In this document: positions 1 to 10,209 of the stretch, in pieces
Layout: every line of letters begins with the position of its first letter
Numbering within the stretch: position 1 is the stretch's first letter
Assembly: GCF_006345805.1 (NCBI RefSeq)
Contig: NW_021825444.1
Coordinates: 1 to 15,529, forward strand
Direction of reading: 5' to 3'
Source of the DNA: Octopus sinensis
Lineage: Eukaryota
DNA length: 15,529 nucleotides
The notes under the pieces: model-generated
Told to the model about the DNA's origin: nothing
Databases searched by the model: none
Seen by the model: only the letters and a program-made list of their open reading frames with translations
Program-made: the position numbers and the translations under genes

Positions 1-76
1 CCAAGATGCACGCAGTGGGACTGAACCCGGAACCATGTGGTTGGTTAGCAGGCTACTACCACACAGCCACTCCTGC
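1..76 (-). mobile_element. tRNA-derived SINE, 5' head (family A; continues beyond window edge)
   Basis: Reverse complement reads GCAGGAGTGGCTGTGTGGTAGTAGCCTGCTAACCAACCACATGGTTCCGGGTTCAGTCCCACTGCG. It has an A-box-like TGGCTGTGTGG (59-69) and a B-box-like GGTTCAGTCC (18-27). Homologous to 2700-2769, 10866-10930 and 11780-11840 in this window. Confidence 0.85.
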
Positions 77-104
77 ATATATATATATATATATTATATA
101 TATG

Positions 105-137
<33 letters not shown>

Positions 138-171
138 AATATTATATATATAATATATATATATATATATG
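77..171. repeat. (TA)n microsatellite
   Basis: Imperfect TA run seen directly. Confidence 0.95.
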
Positions 172-829
172 CACTTATACACAGGTGTGTATGATTGTGT
201 ATAGAAGAATAATATACTGAAAGATATTCCAACTTTGATTTTCATGATTTATTTACAATCTTATAATAATATATGATAAGATACGATAACATAATGAAGC
301 GATAGAATATCAAATATCCACTCTGATTGAACAAGTACTTTCATGCATTCTTCAAGTTGTATAAAAATAGTTATTGTCTGCATCATTCGAAAGAGAAATA
401 AATTCTGCATAAGGTGTAAAAGATGGAGGTAATTTGTATGGTGTTAGTAACAAAATATTTTGTTAGAAATAGGACTATTATTATCGGTCTTAAATTTAAT
501 TTCGCCAGTGTAGATATGTGTGTGTATAAATATTAATTTTAAATCTTAACAGGAAAGTAGCAAAAATTGATTTACATTTACAATGCCGGTTTCAAATATG
601 ACTTCAGTATTAATTTTTTACAGAAATTAGAAAATATTTATCCACTTATCTGAATATTCTATTACCTCATGAAACTTTATTGTCTCATTTTGCGGCTTGT
701 ATCGGATAAGAATACTGACCGAAGTACACATTTGTTATAACCCGTTATGTGTTTTTTTTTAACGGCAGTGTCAGTATTTTCTGTCGATGTATGTGATTCG
801 CTGAACTTTAATATCCGAAAAATAAATCC

Positions 830-980
830 ATTTTCCAGAAATTCACCATTCCTACACGACGCAAAGTAACATGAGATGAGGTGTTTTGCTTAAGAACGCA
901 ATACAATTCCCTTTACGGGAATTGAAACCGCCATCTCGCTATCGCGAATATAGCGCCGTTTACAGCGTAGTCATACGCTT
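830..980 (-). mobile_element. Old, decayed SINE head fragment (family B, like 4512-4828)
   Basis: GAGATGAGGTGTTTTGCTTAAGAACGCAA...GGGAATTGAAACC aligns by eye to GAAATAAAGTGTCTTGCTCAAGGACACAA...GGGAATCGAACTC at 4728-4778. Confidence 0.55.
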
Positions 981-1282
981 TGGATACCAATTATATTATT
1001 AAACATATTATATGACATATGTGTTACAGCATCCCAGGCGTTTTCCTGAAGCAACACCCACTGAATTTTCATGGATCCCCAAAAAGATCTGAGCGTTACT
1101 CCGAAGAGATGTCTCTTGTCAGCTAACGATATGGCGTTGTATCATGTAATGATAGAAAGTCTGACGCAGAAAATTGCGGAGTTCGATGTGGTGATACAAA
1201 GTCTGAGAACGAGGCCAATTTTAGGTACATATCTTTGTTTGTTTGTTTTTTTTGTGTGTGTTACTTAGGGTGTTGTTGTCGA

Positions 1283-1561
1283 CGTTGTTGTTTGCCCTGA
1301 CTGATCGTAATTTTGCACAAAGGCATTCCAATTATAGCCATCTAATTTTTTTTTATTGCAACATTAGCAACCATGTCCTCCATTCTGTAAAATAAGATTG
1401 TGTGATTGGAAAGAGATTTCGCAGCTATTTCCAGGTGTTTGATGGAAAACATTATAAACATATCTGCGTCACAAGCCAATGTTTCCTGATTGAGTAAAGC
1501 TATGATCAGAGGACATCCAGTCGTCATCTTCCCATCCATTTAGTTATATAGCATTGTCTAC
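1283..1561 (+). repeat. Decayed interspersed repeat (about 1.5 copies) carrying TATGATCA(A/G)AGG and G(A/C)TTT(C/G)GC(A/T)GCTATTTC(C/T)AG motifs
   Basis: Internal similarity of CAAAGGCATTCCAATTATAGCCATC (1318-1342) to CAGAGGACATCCAGTCGTCATC (1507-1528). Motif at 1417-1434 resembles the core of the 11.1-11.8 kb array. It also resembles an octopus repeat I recall but cannot name. Confidence 0.4.
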
Positions 1562-2039
1562 GGTCTCTCAACTGCTTCAGCACACATGCAACCAAAAACC
1601 CATAGGACACATGTGTGTAGACCACTAAATACATGCTTCCAACTCCTCAGATCTGAATGCTTTCTTCAGCTTCCCATCCCCGCAGCACTTTCGAATGAAC
1701 AAATAAGTTGTACAGTTAAAAAGTATAGAATTTAAATTAAAAAGATAATATTAAACAAGATGATCCAAGCAAAATAGTCGGCAATGCCTGTACACAATGT
1801 CCGTACACAAATTTACAAATTGCTTCTGAGGTCCTTTCCCACCGAAGATACGGTGCCTTTCGTTTCTCAGAGGTGCTAAAGTCCAATTAGTCGACTGTCC
1901 ACTTCTCCAACAAAACAACAACCACTGGCATTCTTCCTAAGCCAGAGACAACTTTATATGAGCGGCAATCTAGGATTTTAGGACAAAGAATTGCTACGCG
2001 GTGTCTTATGTAATCATGTATGGTTATAAAGATGCATCA

Positions 2040-2118
2040 GATATATAACATACACAAACACGCACGAATATGTGTGTGAGTTTGTGTGCATATGGGTGTG
2101 TGTATGTATGTACGTTCG

Positions 2119-2150
<32 letters not shown>

Positions 2151-2340
2151 TATAGGATGTATATGTGAGCGTGTGTCTAGATGTTTGTGGTAATAATACA
2201 TTCACATATGTACGAGGCGAAGCATTCACACACAGACACACACACATATATATATAGGTATATAAATATATATATATAAATATTCATACGCATTTAGATA
2301 TAAACACACGCACATACGCACACACATATATAAATGTGTA
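2040..2340. repeat. Compound (CA)/(TG)/(TA) microsatellite region
   Basis: Seen directly. Confidence 0.9.
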
Positions 2341-2576
2341 TTCTTTTTCTTTAATTCTTTTACTTGTTGAAGTCATTTGCCTGCGCCCATGCTGGAGCAC
2401 CATATCAAAAGCCTTTAGACCCAATAAATTGACATCAGAGCTTATTCTTTGTAAGCCAAGTACTTATTTCATTGGCTCTCCTTGCCGAAACGCAATGTTA
2501 AGGAGGGGGGGGTAAAAAACATAGTCGCAAAGCACACACACACACACACATATACATCATATATATACGTATATAT

Positions 2577-2608
<32 letters not shown>

Positions 2609-2769
2609 ATATATAATATACATACATATACATGACGGGCTTCTTTCAGTTTCCGTCTAGCAAATCCACTCGTTGTAGAAGACACTTTCCCAAATTGCCA
2701 TGCAGTGAAACTGAACCTGGAACTATCTGCTTGCGAACCATGTTTCTTACCACATAGCCACGCCTATGC
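2341..2769 (-). mobile_element. Near full-length family A SINE with internal (CA)/(TA) microsatellite
   Basis: tRNA-like head at 2700-2769 (A-box-like 2750-2760). The ...GAAAGAAGCCCGTC block at 2633-2670 is the reverse complement of 10985-11023. Internal microsatellite at about 2530-2632. The 3' half (2345-2495) is the reverse complement of 10357-10506. Small internal deletions. Confidence 0.85.
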
Positions 2770-2855
2770 ATTTGTGTTTATGTATAAGTTTATATATACG
2801 ATGAACGGGACAAATAAATATTTCAATAGTAATTCTGACGTGCGTATAACAACGT

Positions 2856-3815
2856 TATGGTTGCTTGGAACCAAATGCTTACCTAAAAAGACTCGTCAGG
2901 AACAAAGTTATTGTATTAAGTTGCATAGTTATAGAAAGATAGAGGGAGAGGGAAAAATAAATCATATATACGTGTGTGTGTGTGTGTGTAGTAAGGTCGT
3001 TATTGTATTAAGTTGCATACTTATAGACAGATAGAAAGGGAAAAATAAATCATATATATGTGTGTGTGTATATAAATGCTAAATCTTAAAAGAAAATAAC
3101 AAAAATTTATTTACCTCTATAACGCCGGCTCCAAATATAACTTCAGTTTGTATTTTTTACAGAAATTAAATGTTTTATCCACTTATCTGAATATTCTATT
3201 GCCCCATAAAAGTTTTTTTGTCTCACCTTCCAGCTGCTATCCGATATGAATACTGAATGAAATACCCTGTTGAAATAATTCTCTTTTATTTTTAAACGAG
3301 GATGCCAGTATTTTCCCTTGATATACGTGATTGGCTGAAATTCTTTAATATCCGGAAAATAAATCCATTTTCCAGCTAGTCACCATTCCTATAAGTCAAG
3401 TGTTGAAATGGTCGCTGTACAACATAAGATGAAGTGTTCTGCGCACAAAACACCACTCGTCCCAGGATCTGAAATCACGACCTTAATCACGATTTCATGT
3501 CCTCGACTTCTATTATATTACCAAAATTTTATTTTTCATATGTCCTGACAACACCCACAGAATATTCTTATCTAATTGACGCTTTTCTAAAACAAACGCC
3601 ATTGTTTTTATCGATTATTGGGATGGCGATATCTGCTCAAAAATACGACCTCATCGCTCTAGTTACTAAAATGGAAACCCGACGAATATTCCTCGTTTCG
3701 CAGATAATATTTCAGTTGGTTGTAAAGAATACTTGTTGTTCACTGATGAGAAGGCTATGATCAGAGGCGTTTCGGTCATGATCATCCCGTCGATTTACAT
3801 ATATTGCCATGTACG
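2856..3815 (+). repeat. Copy B of the diverged direct duplication (partner 437-1561)
   Basis: Same shared blocks as copy A. Also contains a decayed family B SINE head at about 3365-3500. Confidence 0.8.
2907..3070 (+). repeat. Tandem duplication, period 92 bp (2 copies)
   Basis: GTTATTGTATTAAGTTGCATA(G/C)TTATAGA(A/C)AGATAGA...AGGGAAAAATAAATCATATATA(C/T)GTGTGTGTGT starts at 2907 and again at 2999. Confidence 0.9.
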
Positions 3816-4329
3816 TTGTGTTCTTTCCGTGGTTAAGTCGGTAGGGTGTGAGACAATGGAATATCATTGTCTCAAATGCTTACGATAGGGCTGATAGAGG
3901 AAATGTTCAAGTAATGGACATTCATTAGTCCTGAAACCTACATCTACAATAATTATTGTAAGACATCACATGATGTGGATGTTAATTTTCAGAGATCTCT
4001 CCGAAATATAAGTCCGACCTTACTATCAAGATGAAGCATCAATTTAATAAATGACATCTAGGACTGAATTATTCTGCTACTAGCAGAAGAATGAAAGTGA
4101 TATTCTACGTGGTTTACTCTCCATGTGTGTTTAGAATATTGTAACTTTCATGTACACGGGTTATCTCAAGTACAACATACCCTCGAATATTTAGGGGCGT
4201 CCAGTTCAGCCTGTGTAACTTGCCGCAGGACTCATACAACAGATGCAGGTACTAGAGGGTGAAGACGGTACTAATTCCCTAAGTTGTTCACGTGAGCATC
4301 CGCATACCGATCACTTTAGATTGTGTGAA

Positions 4330-4366
4330 TGCATATATTTATGTACGTTTGTGTATATATATATAT

Positions 4367-4397
<31 letters not shown>

Positions 4398-4510
4398 GTG
4401 TGTGGGGGGGGCGTCTATGTGCATGTGTGTGTGTGTGAGTACATGCACATGTGTACGGGGTTCAACATACACACCCCACACACACATACACAATATATAT
4501 CTATATTAAA
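4330..4510. repeat. Compound (TA)/(TG)/(CA) microsatellite
   Basis: Seen directly. Confidence 0.9.
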
Positions 4511-4511
4511 A

Positions 4512-4828
4512 GACTCCCCCGGTTACGACGACGAGGGTCCCAGCTGATACGATCAACGGAACAGCTTGCTCGTGAAATTAACGTGCAAATGGCTGAGCAT
4601 TCCACAGACACGTGTACCCTTAACGTAGTTCTCGGGGATAATCCAGCGTGAGACAGAGAGTGACAAGGCTGACCCTTGAAATACAAGTACAACTCATTTT
4701 TGCCAGCTGAGTGGACTGGAGCAACGTGAAATAAAGTGTCTTGCTCAAGGACACAACGCGTCGCCGGGAATCGAACTCACACCTTACGATCATGAGCCGA
4801 ATGCCTAACCACTAAGCCACGCGCCCTC
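4512..4828 (-). mobile_element. Well-preserved tRNA-derived SINE (family B) with CORE/Meta-like central domain
   Basis: Reverse complement begins GGCGCGTGGCTTAGTGGTTAGG (A-box 4809-4819) and has GAGTTCGATTCC (B-box 4767-4778). This is followed by TGTGTCCTTGAGCAAGACACTTTA...CAGCTGGCAAAAATGAGT, which resembles the CORE/Meta-type SINE central domain. Octopus OR-type SINEs are known CORE-SINEs, but the exact family is not verified. Confidence 0.85.
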
Positions 4829-4900
4829 ACATATATATCTATATATATATATATATATATAGATAGATATAGATAGATAGATAGATGATAGATAGAATAT
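4829..4900. repeat. (TA)n/(GATA)n microsatellite
   Basis: Seen directly. Confidence 0.9.
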
Positions 4901-4901
4901 A

Positions 4902-4993
4902 GGGAGTAAGTTGATTACATCGACCCAGTACTTAACTGATATTGATTCATCGACCCCAAAATGATAAGAGGCAAAGACAACCCGGCGGAATAT
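4902..4993 (-). mobile_element. 3' fragment of family C SINE (inverted relative to 6571-6747)
   Basis: Reverse complement TTCCGCCGGGTTGTCTTTGCCTCTTATCATTTTGGGGTCGATGAATCAATATCAGTTAAGTACTGGGTCGATGTAATCAAC aligns by eye to 6653-6737. Confidence 0.75.
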
Positions 4994-5122
4994 TTCTACT
5001 TAATATTTAATATTATTACGTTCATGCATTTTTGAAATGGGTGTTTTAAAACAGAAATTCTTTCAGGGCACTATGACAACAGGTATTGTTTTAGTCTTCA
5101 GCTTCCACATTTGATTGATTTC

Positions 5123-5419
5123 TATTTATTATTATCATCATTATTATATCATCATCATCATCATCATCATATCATCATCATCATCATCATCATCATCATT
5201 ATTATTATTATTATTATGATTATTATTTTCATTATCATATCATTATCATCATGATCATCATCATCATATTATTATTATTATTATTATTCTATTATTATCA
5301 ATTATTATTATTATATTATATTTTATATTACTTATTTATCATTATCTTTCATTATAATTATTTTATCATTATCCATTATTTAATATTATTATTATTATTA
5401 TTTTATTATTATTATTATA

Positions 5420-5459
<40 letters not shown>

Positions 5460-5888
5460 TTATCATCATCTTATTATTATTATTATTATTATTATTTTAT
5501 CATATCATTATATTGATTATCATTATCATATTATATTATTTATTATTAATATTATTATTTTATTATCATTATTATTATTATTATTATTATTTTATTATTA
5601 TTATTATCATTATCATTATTATTTTATCATTATTATATTATCCTATCATATCATTATTATTATTATTTAATATCATTATCATTATCCTTATCATATTATT
5701 ATTATTATTATCATCATCATCATCATCATCATTATTATATTATTATTCTCATTATCATTATTATATTATTATTATCATTATCATTATTATATATTATTAT
5801 TATTATTATTATTATTATTTTATTATTATTATATCATGATTATTATCATTATTATTATCATAATATTTATTATTACTATTATTATTAC

Positions 5889-5924
<36 letters not shown>

Positions 5925-5959
5925 CATTATTATTATTATCATTATTATTATTACTATTT

Positions 5960-5991
<32 letters not shown>

Positions 5992-6075
5992 TTATTATTA
6001 TTATCATTATTATTATTTATTATTATTATCATTATCATTATCATCATCATTATTATTATTATATTATTATTATTA

Positions 6076-6106
<31 letters not shown>

Positions 6107-6464
6107 AATTTTTATCATTAACATTATCAATATTATTATTATTATTTCATTATTATTATTATTATTATTAATATTATTATTATTATTATCATTATTATAT
6201 TAATATGATTATTATTATTATGTTATTATTATCATTATCATTATTATTAATATCAGTATTATTATTATCATATCATTATCATTATTATTATCATTATTAT
6301 TATTATTCTCATTATCATTATCATTATATTATTATCATCATCATCATCATCATCATCATCATTCATTATCATCATTATCATCATCATTATTATTATTATT
6401 ATCATTATTATTATTATTTTATTATTATATTATTAATATTATTATTATCATTATTATATTATCA

Positions 6465-6501
<37 letters not shown>

Positions 6502-6505
6502 GTTA

Positions 6506-6550
<45 letters not shown>

Positions 6551-6570
6551 TATTATTATTGTTATTATTA
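5123..6570 (+). repeat. ~1.45-kb degenerate (ATT)n/(ATC)n trinucleotide tract
   Basis: Seen directly. The plus strand is almost G-free (roughly ten G in the tract). Confidence 0.97.
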
Positions 6571-6747
6571 AGGCGGCGAGGTGGCAGATTCGATAGCACG
6601 CCGGGCAAAATTCTTGGTGGCATTTCGCTCATCTTTACGTTCTGAGTTCAAATTACCCCGAGGTCAACTTCGCTTTACATCATTTCGAGGTCTATAAATT
6701 TAGTACCAGTTATGTCCTGAGGTCCATGTAATCGACTATCTAACCCA
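6571..6747 (+). mobile_element. tRNA-derived SINE (family C)
   Basis: Starts AGGCGGCGAGGTGGCAGATTCG (A-box-like 6582-6592) and has GAGTTCAAATT (B-box-like 6644-6654). Homologous to 4902-4993 in inverted orientation. Confidence 0.8.
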
Positions 6748-8870
6748 CCAGATGTATATCACTGCATATCTCTACCGCCTTCGCTCCAGGGAGAAGAGTT
6801 TTAGTACTTTCAGTTTTTCCCAGGAGCTGATATGTTGCAGTGAGACGATCTTCTTTGTGTAGTTTTGTGGATTGCTTCGAGTTCTGCTGTTAACTTTATA
6901 TTGTGTGGTGACCATAGTGGGAGCAGTAGTCCAAGTGGCTGAGGACAAATGTCTTCCAAAGGACCATCAGTGACCCCTTCTCTCTGTCTGAAAGTCCGGA
7001 GTATCCATCCGGTTAGCCGCTGCATTTTTATTACCAAATTAGTAATATGCACTTTTAAGATGCATCATTGCTCATGTCAATGCCCAGGTCACGCACTGAG
7101 TTTGACTCAGGAATTATATTCTTCCCGGGCCAGTGTATCCAGTCTGCATGTTGTTCACCTTTGAGCGCAGGGCTTGGAACTTCCCTGCATTAAACTGCAT
7201 GATGTTGTCCTCAGATCACTTGTATATTGTATCCAACTCCCGTTGCAGATGTGCAATATTTCAAGGGTTTTGTATTGTTAAGAGACATTTGTGTCATCTG
7301 CATAGCTAGCAAGAGTGGCCATCTTAGCAACTAACGGCATGTTTGAAAGGGCCACTATGAACAGCAGTGGCCCCAAGACAGTGCCCTGTCGAACACCGCT
7401 TGTTAATTGTGTTTTCTTGGAGGTGGCTCTGCCTGCCTTCTATCTTTTAGGAAGTTGTACAGCCACTCTCCAAGTTTTCCGCCTATGCCCAAATCACGCA
7501 GTTTGTGACAGAACATACCATGGTCGACTTTATAAAAGGCTTTTGCAAAATCGAGATATATCACATCCACACTTGAGCCATTTAATAGATGTTTTAACAC
7601 CCAGTCATAGTGTTGCAGGAGATGTGTTAGACAGCTTCTACCTGATCGAAATCCATGCTGATTGTCAGTCAGCAAGTCATTTTCTTCAAGAAGCATGATT
7701 AGTTCTTGCGGACTATTCGTTCCATGACTTTGCTGATGTGTGAGGTCAGAGAGATAGCCTATAATTTTTAGCATCTACTCTGCTTCCTCCCCTTATGGAT
7801 AGGGCATATTATCCCTTCTTTCAATTTGACTGGGAGCTTACCACTGCAAGAAAGATCTGAAAAGAAGCTGTAGCGGGTTTTGCAAGGGCTCTGTTTGCAC
7901 GATTTGAGAAGGATCGCTGGAAATCCATCAGGTCCAGCAGCTGAGTTTGTGTCAATCTCATCTATGGCGAGTGTGATATCCATCTCAATGTTGATGTACT
8001 CAATTTTGCCTCTTTTGCTACAGGTAAAGTGGCAAAGAATTATTCTGGTTTGTTTACTTGCCGTGTCCTAGAGGTGTCGTGAACACACTTGGAAATGTTC
8101 GTTCAGTATTTCACTTATCCTCATGGATTTCCTGTGAGGGAACCATGTTTTTGGAAGAGAGGTCCTATCCTATGACGCACTGTGGCTGTCTCTTTGGCAA
8201 ACTTAAAGAAAGCTTTAGGGTTTGACTTGACATTTCCTATTACCCAAGCATCTTTATCTGCTCTCTCCTTTTCATGAGACTGATGCAGACTTTTCTCAAT
8301 TTCCATTAGCATTCTCTCGAGGCGAGACTTCTCACCACTTTGGTGTGCTTGCTCAGTGGTTCACAATCCTTGTCCGTCGTTCATAAGAATCTTCCTTTCT
8401 CACAGGGATCCTGTTTTGTTTGTGCTGTGGACCTGCACACTGGGACATATTTGTCAATATGGCTTGTGTTATGGACATGAAACGTTTGTATTTCATGGTG
8501 TGGAAGGACATTTAGGCTAATCCTGTTTGAGGATCTCTTTCTCAATCAACTTCCAATTTGCTTTATGAAAGTTTAGTTTGGGGAGATTGTGGATGCTTCG
8601 TATAGGCTGCGCGTCTGCGGGAGCTTTTGGTCCATGCATAGACAGCTCTGTTATGTTGTGATCCGAGACCAATGTCGGCATCACTTAAACATTATGGATA
8701 ATGTCTATATTGTTTGTGATGCAGAGATCCAGTATATTATTTGCCCTGGTTGGTTTCAGCACAATTTGTTCCATGAAAGAGGCATCTATGAGATGGAGCA
8801 GGGACTCCGCCTGTGCCTGCTGATGGTGTCATCCCTGGGAGCTTATGCCCCCAGGCCATTCCAAATGGGG
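6748..8870 (-). mobile_element. Decayed CR1-group (CR1/L2-like) LINE ORF2 fragment: APE endonuclease C-terminus plus reverse transcriptase, truncated at both ends
   Basis: Minus-strand translation across frameshifts gives MEQIVLKPTR/NILDLCITNN...VSDHN (SDHN at 8655-8666), KSNPKAFFKF, SAAGPDGFP, EGIICPIHKG, NQHGFRSGRSCLTHLL, VDVIYLDFAKAF, SGVRQGTVLGPLLF, LASYADDT (YADD at 7293-7304), MQFNAGKFQ and KLFSLERRR*RYAVIYIW. Multiple frameshifts and stops. Confidence 0.92.
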
Positions 8871-8921
8871 AAATATATATATATCTATATATTATTCGTA
8901 TTCGTCTTCTTGTTATTATTA

Positions 8922-8964
<43 letters not shown>

Positions 8965-9060
8965 AATTTATATATAATATATATATACATACATACATAC
9001 ACAACATACATACATACATACATACATACATACATACATACATACATACATACATACATA
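8871..9060. repeat. (TA)n then (CATA)n microsatellite
   Basis: Seen directly. It lies between the CR1 5' break and the Tx1 3' end. Confidence 0.95.
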
Positions 9061-10205
9061 CAAGGGACAAGTGGCGTGTGAACAATGCAGTGTAGACAAT
9101 TAGTAGCAAAAACAATTAACAAAAACTAGACGATTAAAATTCCCAGAAGGGTCTTCCTCAGAAGAACAACCGAGGAACCCTCCACATTCTGGTTTTGCCG
9201 ACCGCCAGATGCACATCGACAGCCGCATCGCTCCTTCTAAAACTCCTCCGGTTTACAAATGAAATTTCAGAGCAGGCCCATTCACACGGGTCATCCTCGC
9301 CACATTCACCCACCTTTCGACAAATTTACTAGGGAGCAGAACTTCTCCCTCTAAACTAACGTTCCTTTTTCAGGTTGAACTTGAAAAGGTCGATGAGGTC
9401 TTGGCCGAAGAGGAAGCTATTTGTCTTCAGTCCTTTCAAACTTTCAAAGAGATAGTCTACCACACTATCTCTTTCGCTACCAGACAGAGGAAAACCGCTT
9501 TTCCCTATCAGCCAGAAGAAGGACAATGGAATCTGCTGATAACCAGATCCGTTCTACACACAACAACAGCTGTTCGACAAAGTTCCACAAGTTAGTCATG
9601 TACGGACACTAGACGAGTGCACACCGGACGGTTTCGTCGCCCAGCGCACACATTTGACAGGTCTGTCTGAGAGTACTTCAGTGTCCATAATGCTCGTCTG
9701 GAACCGGCAGAGCTCCCCGGTAGTAATGCCAGGCCAAGGATTTCTGGAAGTTACCCGTGGGCCCCGGCTTGAAAGTCCTCAGGAGAAGACCAGTTAATTG
9801 ATTCCCCACGACACCCAGAGTTTTCCAGAGAACGTCGTCGCTCTTTTCCTCCACTAATTCCCTATAGAATTCCATTGTTGAATTTCTGTCGACCGCGTTG
9901 CCCGACTGGAAGAAAGCTGTGAGTGCTTGCCGGCACTCCCGGTGCCAAGGGCCCTGTCTTGGCCTGCTGTTGATCCAGGACAGCAAATCCCGTGTGACAA
10001 ACGGCGACCACACCTCTTCACTGTTAAGAAAATGCTGGATATGTCACAGCCTCAGTGCATGTCTGCGCATCACTAGGCATAGCATGCCTGGTCCTCCACT
10101 CAGGGGCTGTTGGCAGCAGATGGACCGTCTGACAGGAGGAACAGGTCCCTTCCGCTAAAAGCATAAGAGCAAGTGCACCAGCTTCAGGAATCAGGGTAAT
10201 CCCGA
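9061..10205 (-). mobile_element. 5'-truncated Tx1/L1-group LINE: ORF2 C-terminus (post-RT region, zf-RVT-type zinc finger) plus ~190-nt 3'UTR
   Basis: Minus-strand translation gives LKLVHLLLCF*RKGPVPPVRRSICCQQPLSGGPGMLCLVMRRHALRL, VWSPFV, SLAWHYYRGALPV, CQMCALGDETVRCALV*CP (9603-9659), LVAKEIVW and FVERWVNVARMTRVNGPALKFHL* (TAA at 9253-9255). These match the F-x-W-x-G, GGLG and C-terminal Cys-motif pattern of L1/Tx1 ORF2. Confidence 0.82.
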
Positions 10206-10209
10206 TACG

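Larger units (their letters stand above)
437..1561 (+). repeat. Copy A of a diverged direct duplication (partner 2856-3815)
   Basis: Exact shared blocks: TTTATCCACTTATCTGAATATTCTATT (637-663 = 3174-3200), AAAATAAATCCATTTTCCAG (819-838 = 3356-3375), CAACACCCAC (1052 / 3549) and GCTATGATCAGAGG (1499 / 3754). Outer boundaries are approximate. Confidence 0.8.

Noticed and set aside
3696-3810. Apparent plus-strand exon DNISVGCKEYLLFTDEKAMIRGVSVMIIPSIYIYCH with AG/GT ends
   Set aside because: The homologous frame in copy A has two stops, and the segment looks like a decayed interspersed repeat.
4140-4330. Higher-complexity island with ORF start MQVLEGEDGTNSLSC
   Set aside because: The ORF runs into microsatellite, other frames are closed, and no motif or splice pattern is supportable.
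6-4692. YIYI, CVCV and HTHT-type ORFs here and at 8737-9122, 10603-11060 and 11917-12159
   Set aside because: They are microsatellite or SINE read-through artefacts.
4760-4828. tRNA-like sequences with A and B boxes (also 1-76, 6571-6660, 10866-10930)
   Set aside because: They continue into SINE bodies that recur in the window, and I could not build a complete cloverleaf. They are SINE heads, not tRNA genes.
5061-5072. 12-mer TTTCAGGGCACT identical to array unit 1 (11145-11156)
   Set aside because: Several chance 12-mer matches are expected in a 15.5-kb window, and the similarity does not extend into the core.
5251-6645. Long Ile/Leu/Tyr/His-rich ORFs (up to 146 aa)
   Set aside because: They are translations of the (ATT/ATC)n tract, which lacks stops in some frames. 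They have no coding complexity.
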